DNA from: Tubiluchus corallicola
Lineage: Eukaryota; Animalia; Priapulida
Direction of reading: 5' to 3'
NCBI GenBank assembly: GCA_030141605.1
Contig: JAQGDQ010002469.1
Coordinates: 1-25,929, forward strand
Length of the DNA stretch: 25,929 nucleotides
Of this stretch, positions 9,236-18,929 are shown piece after piece. Position 1 is the stretch's first letter. Every line of letters begins with the position of its first letter. The translations under genes were made by a program, and so were the position numbers. The notes beneath the pieces are model-generated. The model saw only the letters and a list, made by a program, of their open reading frames with translations. It searched no databases and was not told the DNA's origin.

Positions 9236-10822
9236 TTAGTTTATTGGTATCTGTTTTATTTTTGCTGCTGACGGCATTGGCACTACCTCTATTTTATTTC
9301 TAAAGTTTCTTCTTTGAACTTCTTTTAAATCAATAACTATTCTATCCCCTGCCTTTGCTTTTGCAACAAAAGAGGCTATATTAGCCTTTGGTCCTCTTAC
9401 CGTCAATGTTTCTACGGCTCTTGTTCCTCTTGCTAATATACATTCCCATTTTGAAACTCTAAATGTGGCATCATCTGGTAGGAAATTTTGAAAATCCTCA
9501 TCTGGTTGCGCATCTAGCGATATGGTTCTTGGCAATTTGTCAAATCCTTGTTTTTCATCCATCTCTCTGCCTCCAACCATTACTCTAATAAATGGTTTAG
9601 GTATTTGTTTTACTTGAAACTCTATTTCATCTATATAAAAGTTATCGCTGTATACCTTTAATGTCAATAGATTTGTATTTGGTACAATTGTAACTTCTTG
9701 CTTTTTACTAGGATTAGAGAATGCTTCTCCTCCTGTTACCTGGAAGGTAGGGTTGTATTCCGTGCCTAATGCAGGAACATTTACATTTAACTTATTGCCG
9801 CAGTTTCTGTATAATGCTTGCACAGAGGCTGATTGTATTTGGACTACAGGCTTTACAACTTCATAGCTTATTCGCTCTGCAAATGTAGTGTCATTGATTT
9901 CTATTTCTGCTAAGAATGTTTTTTTAATCCTTCCTTCATTGTCAAACACATCGTTAGGACTTGTTCTTGCGCTGAACTCAAAATATCCCATACCATTAGC
10001 ATCTACTTTTATTGGAGTTCCATTAAATTTCATTTTAGGAACTAACCCCGTTGCTGAAGCTGATATAAACATTTGAGCTTTATATTTTGTGCCTGCTGCC
10101 ACTACTCTAGATTCTGGCAATACCATTGGTACTATCTTATCAAAAGCGATATCTTTTGCTCCTACTTGCCTGGCTAGATATTCTAAGGCGTCTCTTTCAT
10201 ATTCTAATACTTGATTCATAAACTGGCTTAATGTTGCCATGCCTGCTGCAGTAGGGGTACTTTCAAATGAAACTTCTGCAAAGTCTTTCATTTTTTGATT
10301 CCCTATTTTACTAAAATAAGGGTCATCTTTGGCATCTTTGGCTATCATTTCAAGTTCTACTCCCATCATATTAGACACCTTTTTTGTAAAATTGTTTAAT
10401 GTTTCTTGTAGATCTTTTCCTTTTTTTTCCAAAATCATAATAGTTCCCGTCATATCTAAATCTTTTGCGCCTACTATTTCTCCTGTTTCTTCATCTATTC
10501 CGCCTGTTCTCTCTATAATTTCTTCTTTCAGACCTATTAACTTGTCCAATATTTGTTCTGTTTCTTTTCTTAACCCTTGTGCTTTTTGTAATACAGATTT
10601 ATCTGCTGCTCGGTTTCCTTTCTCTTCAACAGCAGTTGCGATATTATGTACTAATCCAGTGTTTTTTTTAGAAGTTGTGGTTGCTTGTTTATCTAAAGCC
10701 CTATCTAAAAAGATAAAACGTTCTAACACGGCAGAGTCAACATTCAATGCCAGCATTGCCAATAGTACTAAGTACATTAAGCCAATCATTTTTTGCCGAG
10801 GCGTTTCTTTTGCTCCTGCCAT
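9236..10822 (-). CDS. gldM: T9SS/gliding motor protein GldM/PorM
   Basis: MAGAKETPRQKMIGLMYLVLLAMLALNV transmembrane N-terminus and LYRNCGNKLNVNVP; 528 aa. Confidence 0.96.
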   Translation of the reverse strand: MAGAKETPRQKMIGLMYLVLLAMLALNVDSAVLERFIFLDRALDKQATTTSKKNTGLVHNIATAVEEKGNRAADKSVLQKAQGLRKETEQILDKLIGLKEEIIERTGGIDEETGEIVGAKDLDMTGTIMILEKKGKDLQETLNNFTKKVSNMMGVELEMIAKDAKDDPYFSKIGNQKMKDFAEVSFESTPTAAGMATLSQFMNQVLEYERDALEYLARQVGAKDIAFDKIVPMVLPESRVVAAGTKYKAQMFISASATGLVPKMKFNGTPIKVDANGMGYFEFSARTSPNDVFDNEGRIKKTFLAEIEINDTTFAERISYEVVKPVVQIQSASVQALYRNCGNKLNVNVPALGTEYNPTFQVTGGEAFSNPSKKQEVTIVPNTNLLTLKVYSDNFYIDEIEFQVKQIPKPFIRVMVGGREMDEKQGFDKLPRTISLDAQPDEDFQNFLPDDATFRVSKWECILARGTRAVETLTVRGPKANIASFVAKAKAGDRIVIDLKEVQRRNFRNKIEVVPMPSAAKIKQIPIN

Positions 10823-10860
10823 ATAGTTCTATATTCTTATTTTTGCTTTTTCTTAATTAC

Positions 10861-11754
10861 TTATGACGATTTTAGAACACTTATCATACTTCCATAAATA
10901 CCATTTAATTTGGCTAGATTAGATGTTAATTGCCCTATTTGTTGTTTAAATTGTTCGGCTTCTCTTGATGCATAAGACATATCTTCTAATGATCTTGACA
11001 AGTTTGAATACAATTTATTCATTAATTCTAGGTGGTTGTTTGCATCTTGTAGTTCCATTTCATACACGGCATTAAGTGCTTCTAGATTTTTAGATACTGC
11101 ATTTAGCTGGTTTTGATAATTTCTTGCGTTACTAGATGCTGAAGCCAAATTTTCACTTACACTATTAGATACAGACAGTGTGTTGATAACACCTTGCATG
11201 CTTGTTGTATAGGCATTTGTCATTTTGTCTATATTTTCGGAAGCATTTCTTAGTTTATCCGTGTATTCTGTAGTGGAAAATGCCATTGAATTAACATTTG
11301 AAAGATTTTTAGTTGTCTCCACCAGATTTCTCATACCTTTTCCTAAGCTTTCTACAACGTCTTTAGTTAACACATTTTCTCCTAAATTTTGCATTGCATT
11401 TGCACTTTCGTGAAAAGATTGCGGAGGTGCTTGTGGAGTAGGTGTTAATATTTCTTTTTTGGGAGGGGGTTCTTTTTTTCTTGTTTTTTGCTTTGATGGT
11501 CCATCAACAGCGTCACCTAGCTCAGGATAAACTTTTGTCCAATCCAGCTCCCCATGCACAGGTTCAAAAGCGCTAAGAAAGAAAATAAGAGCTTCGGTAG
11601 ATAGACCTAATATTAGCATGAGACCTGCTCCTGGAAAGTGTAAGAGTTTAAACATTGCTCCTATAATTACAATACCTCCTCCAATACCATATATTTTAGG
11701 CATTAGTTTTCTGAAGAGAAAGTCTGCGAATCCGCCTTGTTTGCTTACTGCCAT
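10861..11754 (-). CDS. gldL: T9SS/gliding motor protein GldL/PorL
   Basis: YGIGGGIVIIGAMFKLLH...GLSTEALIFFLSAFEP, DWTKVYPEL, NLEALNAVYEMELQ and LNGIYGSM. Confidence 0.96.
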   Translation of the reverse strand: MAVSKQGGFADFLFRKLMPKIYGIGGGIVIIGAMFKLLHFPGAGLMLILGLSTEALIFFLSAFEPVHGELDWTKVYPELGDAVDGPSKQKTRKKEPPPKKEILTPTPQAPPQSFHESANAMQNLGENVLTKDVVESLGKGMRNLVETTKNLSNVNSMAFSTTEYTDKLRNASENIDKMTNAYTTSMQGVINTLSVSNSVSENLASASSNARNYQNQLNAVSKNLEALNAVYEMELQDANNHLELMNKLYSNLSRSLEDMSYASREAEQFKQQIGQLTSNLAKLNGIYGSMISVLKSS

Positions 11755-11786
11755 ATCTTAAAATTTATTTTGCGCTTTACTTTGTG

Positions 11787-12905
11787 TTAATCTTGCCCAA
11801 GGTAGGACATTGCACATCTAAATCCAATGTAAGACCTTGCTGTGTCTTTATGTTCAAATGATCTTGAACCTGTTTCCAGGAAAAATGCTATATCTTTCCA
11901 AGAGCCACCTTTTATTACTTTTCTTGGTTCGTTTTCATCAAAATAAGTTGGGTTTAAGTCCCATGTGACAATAGCAGCAGTTCTGTGAAAGGCGTCTTCG
12001 CACCATTCTGATACATTTCCTGCCATTCCATACAAACCATAGTCATTAGGGAAGAAAGCTTTTACTGGGGATGTATATTCATGCCCATCATCATAGTAGT
12101 TTCCTCTACCAGGCTTGAAATTTGCTAAAACACATCCAAGTGCATTTTTCAGGTAAGGGCCTCCCCAAGGATATTTCCCCAATATTCTTCCTCCTTTTGC
12201 TGCGAACTCCCACTCTGTTTCTGATGGAAGTCGGAAGTCTGGCAGTTGCCATTCTCCTTTTGCTATTCTATAACTATTTAGATATCCTGTGCGCCATTTA
12301 GCGAAAAACTTTGCTGCTTCCCAGCTTACTCCCACAACAGGGTAGTCATCAAAAGCGGGGCTAGAAAAATAATATCTTAGCATGGGGTCGCCTAGGTGGT
12401 GTGTAAAATCTCTTGCCCACACTGTTGTATCTGGGTATAACTTTTCCCTAATGAATGTTTCTTTATCTGTAGAATATTTTTCTAATCCTTCTCTTTCGAA
12501 TTCTGCAATGAAATCTGTATAGAATTCGTTGTTAGGGATGTTGACAGCTTGTGGTCCTTCTTGCCTTTCTTCAAGCACATATATAAATTGTCGGTACTTG
12601 TTGTTTGTAATTTCTGAGTCATCCATATAAAATGAGCTTATAGTTACTCGTCTATTCATGGCATTGTAAGAGGAGGCTATGTCTTGGTCTCCGTTACCCA
12701 TTATAAATGTTCCTGCAGGGACAACAACCATACCATAAGGTAGTTGCATTCCTGTCCACCGTCTTCCTTGTACTCCAATTACTTCACCTTCTGGACCTCC
12801 GCTTATTCCTGATATTTTTCCTTGAAAGAAGGAACATGATGGTAACATCATTGAGCAGATAATTACTGCTAATAGTGTGAGTTTTATATAGTATTGCTTC
12901 TTCAT
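11787..12905 (-). CDS. gldK: T9SS/gliding lipoprotein GldK/PorK (FGE-sulfatase fold)
   Basis: Lipobox LPSC, PYGMVVVPAGTFIMG, YPDTTVW, DDYPVVGVSW, FRLPSETEWEFAA, MAGNVSEW and IGFRC. First gene of the KLMN order. Confidence 0.93.
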   Translation of the reverse strand: MKKQYYIKLTLLAVIICSMMLPSCSFFQGKISGISGGPEGEVIGVQGRRWTGMQLPYGMVVVPAGTFIMGNGDQDIASSYNAMNRRVTISSFYMDDSEITNNKYRQFIYVLEERQEGPQAVNIPNNEFYTDFIAEFEREGLEKYSTDKETFIREKLYPDTTVWARDFTHHLGDPMLRYYFSSPAFDDYPVVGVSWEAAKFFAKWRTGYLNSYRIAKGEWQLPDFRLPSETEWEFAAKGGRILGKYPWGGPYLKNALGCVLANFKPGRGNYYDDGHEYTSPVKAFFPNDYGLYGMAGNVSEWCEDAFHRTAAIVTWDLNPTYFDENEPRKVIKGGSWKDIAFFLETGSRSFEHKDTARSYIGFRCAMSYLGQD

Positions 12906-12989
12906 ATGTTTTATGCTTTATGCGTTCAAATTACTTGAAAGAAAATAAAAAATGCAAATATTTTTTTATTTTTTTTATTAAAACATGCT

Positions 12990-13961
12990 TTAGAACCGAA
13001 ATCTTGGAGTTCGTATAACTTTTTTAGGGTTTCTTTTTAGTTTAAAGGGGAAATCATATGATACAATAAATTCATGGGTTGTTGGTGCTTTTGCGCTGTT
13101 ATTACTCCCTACGTAACTAAATCCGTATCCTATTTTTAGTGAATTATTTTCTAAAAGCCTATAACCTGCTAAAAAGGATATGCTTTCAGAGTGTGTATAT
13201 ACAATTCCTGCTTCAATTTTGTTATTATATGTACTATTAACTCCAATATCTAATGATCGTTGTGTAAAGTTTGTACTTAACAATAACATTGGTTCTAAAG
13301 TAATCATGTTACTAAACTCATATTGATATCCAATTGTTGCAACCATGTATGTAAATATGCTTCTTTCCATACTTTCAAATGGAACACTAACAGGGAAATT
13401 TTGTTGTGTAAATGACACGCCTGCATAGTAGCCTCCTTTATTATTATATATAACGCCAATGCTATAATCGTAGTATATTTCTACATGTTTTCCTACAAGA
13501 ATCAGGGGGTCGTTTTGGTCTATAACATTTAATTTATCATGGTCTATTGTATTGGTAGATATGCCTGAATGCATGCCTATACTTATAGATGATCTTGTGT
13601 TTTTTAAATTGAAATGATATGCGTATGAGAGTTTTGCGTTTAAGCAGTTTTGTGCTCCTATGTTGTCGTTTAGTATGTATACTCCTATGCCGCTGTTGTT
13701 TGTTTTATGAAAAATGGGGGTATTAAAGCTTACAAATTGAGTATTTGGTGCTCCTCCACCTCCATATGTTGGTGTGTATCCAAGCCATTGATTTTTGTGT
13801 GACATTGTAATGTCAGATAGTTGGTTTATGGCTGTGGCGGCGGGGTTATAAAAATATGCATTATCTTTAAAAAACAAAAATTTTGGCATTTGTTGAGCTT
13901 TTGCAATGTTTGCAATGGAGAGTAGGATGATTGTAACAACAAATTTAAGTAAGAGTTTCAT
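12990..13961 (-). CDS. porP: PorP/SprF family T9SS outer-membrane beta-barrel
   Basis: Signal peptide AKA|QQ, YNPAA, NQWLG..GAPNTQ, SYAYH, THEF and C-terminal RTPRFRF. Canonical position upstream of porK/gldK. Confidence 0.9.
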   Translation of the reverse strand: MKLLLKFVVTIILLSIANIAKAQQMPKFLFFKDNAYFYNPAATAINQLSDITMSHKNQWLGYTPTYGGGGAPNTQFVSFNTPIFHKTNNSGIGVYILNDNIGAQNCLNAKLSYAYHFNLKNTRSSISIGMHSGISTNTIDHDKLNVIDQNDPLILVGKHVEIYYDYSIGVIYNNKGGYYAGVSFTQQNFPVSVPFESMERSIFTYMVATIGYQYEFSNMITLEPMLLLSTNFTQRSLDIGVNSTYNNKIEAGIVYTHSESISFLAGYRLLENNSLKIGYGFSYVGSNNSAKAPTTHEFIVSYDFPFKLKRNPKKVIRTPRFRF

Positions 13962-14028
13962 ATATGCAAATTGTCTATATCACATTTAAGGGGTATTAAT
14001 TCCCATGTTATCAATAAGTAATGCTATG

Positions 14029-14790
14029 CTATTTTGTTTTTTCTTTTATGTACTCTTCTATTGCTCCACTCATTGAGGGGGCATTAGGCATTGGTGCTTC
14101 TATATTTAAGATTAATCCAGCTTCTTGCACGGCTTTTGCTGTGGCTGGTCCAAAGGCTGCTATTCTTGTTGTTTTTTGTTTGAATGTAGGGAAATTAGAA
14201 AATAGGGATTTTATCCCTGATGGGCTAAAAAATGCTATTATATCATAATTAATATCTTTTAGTTCAGATAAGTCGTTGGATACTGTTTTATAAATTATTG
14301 CCTCATTGAAATCGAATTTGGCTTTGGATAGAAAGTCAGGTATATCTTGTCTTCTTATGTTAGAGCATGGAAATAAGAATTTTTCTTTTTTATGCTCTTT
14401 GATTTTTTTTATTAGATCTTGTGCTGTTTTGTTGCCTGTAAATAACTTTCTCTTTTTCAATACGATGTATTTTTGAAGGTAATAGGTTGTTTGTTCAGAA
14501 ATGCAAAAATATTTCATATCCGTAGGGATTTCTATTTTCATTTCTTGGCAAATTCTAAAAAAATGATCTACTGCATTGCGACTGGTGAAAATGATGGCAG
14601 TATGGTCTAGTATATTAATTTTTTGCGATCTAAACTCTTTTAGTGCAACAGGCTCTATTTTAATGAAAGGAGTAAAATCTACTTGTACACCATATTTTTG
14701 AGACAACTTTACATATGGTGAGTTGTTTTTGCTTGGTTTGGGCTGTGAGATTAATATTTTTTTAATAGTATTTAGCTTGCTATTATTCAT
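14029..14790 (-). CDS. hemD: Uroporphyrinogen-III synthase (Bacteroidota type)
   Basis: ILISQPKP...SPY, DFTPFIKIE, IIFTSRNAVDHFF, FFSPSGIKSL and AAFGPAT. Confidence 0.92.
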   Translation of the reverse strand: MNNSKLNTIKKILISQPKPSKNNSPYVKLSQKYGVQVDFTPFIKIEPVALKEFRSQKINILDHTAIIFTSRNAVDHFFRICQEMKIEIPTDMKYFCISEQTTYYLQKYIVLKKRKLFTGNKTAQDLIKKIKEHKKEKFLFPCSNIRRQDIPDFLSKAKFDFNEAIIYKTVSNDLSELKDINYDIIAFFSPSGIKSLFSNFPTFKQKTTRIAAFGPATAKAVQEAGLILNIEAPMPNAPSMSGAIEEYIKEKTK

Positions 14791-14853
14791 ATTACCTGTA
14801 TTTGCATTTAATTTATACTAACTTATTTGTAGCTAAGAATATAAACTTGACTG

Positions 14854-14861
14854 CAAATATA
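14854..14861 (-). promoter_or_regulatory. Bacteroidota -7 promoter element upstream of hemD
   Basis: TATATTTG(CAG) on the minus strand, 64 nt upstream of the ATG. Confidence 0.6.
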
Positions 14862-14961
14862 TGTTATTAATTGGAGAATAAAAAATATATTTAATATAAA
14901 AACACTTAGATTAATGTCTATATCTTATATATAAAAAATTAAAGTTGAAATATATTTGGTT

Positions 14962-16850
14962 TTAATATGCTCTTATTGATTTGCCTTCAATATAGTTTAT
15001 AAAAGACACATTAGCTACCCTGTTGCCTCCTGGGGTAGGGTAGTTGCCTGTGAAGTACCAATCTCCCAAATGTTTAGGGCACGCTTTATGTAGGTTTTCA
15101 ATAGTTTGATAAACTACTTTAATAGGTATATCTAGGTTTTGAGGGGTTATAATTTGGGCTATTTTGTTAGAAATTTCTTGATATGTAAAGGGCTGATATA
15201 TTTCTTTTACAAAATTAGTATCTATATTTTCTTTTATGCTTTGTTGGCACTTTTCATAAACATTTTTGATGATATGCTCTTGTTGAGTTGTTTTTAATAA
15301 CTCTATGGCCGCTCTAAAAGCTACAAATTCTCCTATTTTAGACATGTCTATACCGTAACAGTCTGGATAGCGAATTTGTGGAGCGGATGAGACAATAATT
15401 ATCTGTTTTGGCGATGTTTTGCTTATTAAAGTGATAATACTTTTTTCCAGTGTTGTTCCTCGTACTACGGAGTCGTCTAATAGAACAATGCTGTCTTCAT
15501 TTTTTCTTATAACTTCAAATGTTGCGTCATATACATGAGAAACAAGATCTTCTCTTTTGGAGTCGTCGGTGATAAAAGTTCGTAACTTTATGTCTTTTGT
15601 AATCAGTGCTTCTATTCTTGGATGAAAGTTAAGCAACTTTTGATATGTAGAATCGTTAATATTATTGTTTAATGAGTTCTTTATTCTTTTTTCTACCAAG
15701 TGCTTCTCTATCTTTTCTATCATTCCAATGAATGCTGTTTTTGCTGTATTAGGAACGTATGAAAATACAGTGTTTTCCAAGTCGTTGTTAATAGAGTTTA
15801 GCACCAAAAGGGACTCAAAAAGATATCCAAGTGTTTTCTCTCTTTGTAGATATCAGGGTCTGTTCCTCTTGAAAAGTATATTCTTTCAAAGCTACATGCT
15901 TTTAATGGCTTGGGTTTAAGAACTTCTTTTTCCTCATAAGAACCATCTGTATTTACTATTAACGCATGTCCAGGTTTTACTTCTTTAATTTTACTATAGT
16001 CTATGTCAAAGGCAATTTTTATTGATGGTTTTTCAGAGGCAGCTACAATCACCTCATCATCAGCATAATAGTAAGCAGGTCTTATGCCAGCGGGGTCTCT
16101 CACAACAAATGATGCTCCATATCCTAATGCTCCCACTATTACATACCCTCCGTCAAAGTATTTGCATGCTCTGTGCAATACTTTTTGTATAGATAAGTTT
16201 TTTTCAATAATTGTTGTGAGATTTTTCTTAGAGGTTTGGTTTTTATATAGTTCAAAAACATCTTGAACTTCCAAATCAAGGAAATGCCCTATTTTTTCAA
16301 TAATAGTAACGGTATCATTTTTTTCAATAGGGTGTTGACCTAACTCTATAAGAAATTCAAACAACTCCTCTACATTTGTAAGGTTAAAGTTGGCAGCAAT
16401 AGCTAAGCTTCTACTTCGCCAATTATTTTGCTTTAATATAGGGTGGCACTGATCAACTTCATTGCTTCCATGCGTTGCGTATCTTACATGCCCAATGCTA
16501 ACTTCTCCACTATACGCAATATTTTGTTTTACCCAATTTTCATCTAAAAGGTTGTTTGGACTCTCTTTTTTATGTTTTTCATAATCTGAAAATATTTTTT
16601 CAAAGATAGATAGTATGGAGTTGGGAGCGTTAGTTCGCTGTCTGTTGATATATCGTATGCCGTAAGGAGTGTCTATTTTGATGTTTACTATTCCTGCCCC
16701 ATCTTGCCCTCTATTCCTTTGTTTTTCCATTAATAAATAGAGCTTTTTGATAGCATAGATGGGATTTTTATACTTTTCAATATAAAAAGAAACAGGCTTT
16801 CTGAGTCGGATAAAGGCTATTCCGCATTCATGTTTTATAAAGTCGCTCAT
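14962..16850 (-). pseudogene. purF: Amidophosphoribosyltransferase, split by indels at ~15800-15840 (real lesion or read error)
   Basis: ORF 15798..16850 has KHE|CGI (Ntn Cys), RGQDGAG, GHVRYAT and CSFERIYFSRG. ORF 14962..15807 has YVPNTA, LLDDSVVRGTT and PQIRYPDCYGIDM. Adjusting A/T/C run lengths restores KERKTLGYLLSPLVLNSI. Confidence 0.9.
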
Positions 16851-16912
16851 GTGCTTTATTTATTATTAGTAATTATATTTGGCTATTTTGACTTCAAAAA
16901 TACCTTATTTTG

Positions 16913-16920
16913 CAAAGGTA
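16913..16920 (-). promoter_or_regulatory. Bacteroidota -7 promoter element upstream of purF
   Basis: TACCTTTG(CA) on the minus strand. A second match, TATATTTG(CA), is at 16961-16968. Confidence 0.6.
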
Positions 16921-17197
16921 CAAAAAAGACAAATGTTTTAAAGCATTTGTAATAAAAATGCAAATATAACAGAATTTTTTTCTTTCAATATGTTGTTGTT
17001 TTCTACGATCTATTGTACTTTTGGGTACAATAAGTTTTTTTTGTTTTCAAAATAAATGTATTTGAATGCTAAATAATTAAAGTATTTTTTGTTAACTTGC
17101 CACGCAAAGTTTTAAAACAAAAAATAATCATTGTATAATAAAAGCGAAAAATCACGTTTATTAAGTGAAATTATATAAAAAATCAAAGATATTTCTT

Positions 17198-18925
17198 ATG
17201 CGTAAATTAATGGTTTATGTTATCACAATAACTTCAGTTGTTGTGATAATATCAGCATGCTATGATAAAAATGACTTAAAACTGCCCAGTCCGAAGTTTG
17301 ATTTTACATTAGCAGCCCCAGTATCATCAGCTATTTTTGAGTTTAAAGACTTAATTCCATATGATGATTACTTCAAAACAGTAGGCGATAACCGAGAACT
17401 GTATTTTTCATACCGTGTACCTTTGGCAGATCCGTTTAAATTAAGAGACATATATAGGACCCCTGTTGTTAATAATGATCGTTCTATCCCATTAACAGCA
17501 AATGGCATAGAAAAAGGAGTTACAATTGGTGGGGGAGCAACAAGGGAAATAAATGAGACATCAACAATAAGGTTAGTGCCTCAAGGTTCTGATATACTTT
17601 TAGATTCAATGGAATTTTCATCAGGAAGGTTTTTGGTTGAGTTTACAAAAGCACCAAAATTATCTGCCGGAAATCCTGATGATATGATACTAATTGTATT
17701 ATCAAACAACATTGTGGAGCGAGATGGAAGTACATTTAAAAGAGAAGTACAGATAAAAGAAGGGGTTGTGCAAGAGCTGACATTTGACGAAGCTAATATA
17801 GTGCAATTAAACGCTGATAGAACAACTATAACGTTTTCCTATATATTTGCAGTACGAGAATACGCCGACGCAACAGGAGGTGGTATAACAATTTCTACTG
17901 TTGCCGATAATGATGAAATAGCTTTTACCATTAAAGATGACAATTTCGTTCCTTTGGTAGTAGTTGGAGATTTTGGAGAACAAAATTTGAGATTTCCATC
18001 AATAGGAGACATAGAGACGGTAGATGTGAATATGAGCTCCCTTCTAGGAGATTTCCACGGCTTAGTATTAGGAATGCAGTTAGCAAGAGCAAACATATAT
18101 ATATATACAAAAGCGACTATGGGATTGCCCATTGAATTTCATAACTTTGGTTTGTCGCTGTCAACCTCTGATGGCTTTGTTCATACATTAGCACTATCAG
18201 GAGGAGTACTTCCAACAAAAATAAATACATATCAAGATTTTTCTCACTATGGAGCAAAAGAATATAGAGACACTATAATGTTTAATAGCGAAAATTCGAA
18301 TTCAAACTCTTTGGCATATATAGATATAGAAACCATATCATATCAAGGTAACTTTAACATAAATCCGAATAAAGTAGGTAATATTGTAAATAAACCAGAT
18401 CTTAACTTTCTTACAGATACCTCAGAAGTAGATCTTGAAATTGAATTAGAAGTACCTCTAATTGTAAAGGTAGAGCAAGTAGAACAGCAAGTATCTCTTT
18501 ATGAAGGGGGATTTAGAGCAGAAGACTTTGAAATGGAAGAGGCACAATTGGTATTAAAATATGCCAATACTATGCCCATAAACTATCAAGCAGAAATAAT
18601 TCTATTAGATACAACAAAAAGAGGAGACCTTCGAGAAATTGCAAGAATTACTCCGACAGATGAGGATGGAAATCCAGTAGAATTCTTTAAAGCAGGAAAA
18701 GTAAGAGCTGATGGCTATGTAGTAGAGCAACAAGAAACAATCTTTTTACCTTTGGAAAAAGAAGACTTAGAAAAAATATTGAACTTCACCAATGAAGTGG
18801 TTGTAGAGTTAAAATGGGATTCTGGAGTAAATTCAGCAGGAGAGGTTAACGAAATTGTTATTAGAGATAATATGAGAATAGTTTTTGACTTAATGGTGTT
18901 AGCAAAAGGAGAATATAAATTATAA
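17198..18925 (+). CDS. Uncharacterised beta-rich lipoprotein
   Basis: The likely start is the ATG at 17198 (MRKLMVYVITITSVVVIISAC, lipobox ISAC) rather than the GTG at 17165. Acidic and beta-strand rich; 4 nt from the next gene. Confidence 0.8.
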   Translation: MRKLMVYVITITSVVVIISACYDKNDLKLPSPKFDFTLAAPVSSAIFEFKDLIPYDDYFKTVGDNRELYFSYRVPLADPFKLRDIYRTPVVNNDRSIPLTANGIEKGVTIGGGATREINETSTIRLVPQGSDILLDSMEFSSGRFLVEFTKAPKLSAGNPDDMILIVLSNNIVERDGSTFKREVQIKEGVVQELTFDEANIVQLNADRTTITFSYIFAVREYADATGGGITISTVADNDEIAFTIKDDNFVPLVVVGDFGEQNLRFPSIGDIETVDVNMSSLLGDFHGLVLGMQLARANIYIYTKATMGLPIEFHNFGLSLSTSDGFVHTLALSGGVLPTKINTYQDFSHYGAKEYRDTIMFNSENSNSNSLAYIDIETISYQGNFNINPNKVGNIVNKPDLNFLTDTSEVDLEIELEVPLIVKVEQVEQQVSLYEGGFRAEDFEMEEAQLVLKYANTMPINYQAEIILLDTTKRGDLREIARITPTDEDGNPVEFFKAGKVRADGYVVEQQETIFLPLEKEDLEKILNFTNEVVVELKWDSGVNSAGEVNEIVIRDNMRIVFDLMVLAKGEYKL

Positions 18926-18929
18926 GTAC

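Noticed and set aside
12927-12958. Possible gldK promoter (TTTG ... GTAATTTG on the minus strand)
   Set aside because: The -7 element does not match TAnnTTTG exactly, which is too weak in AT-rich DNA.
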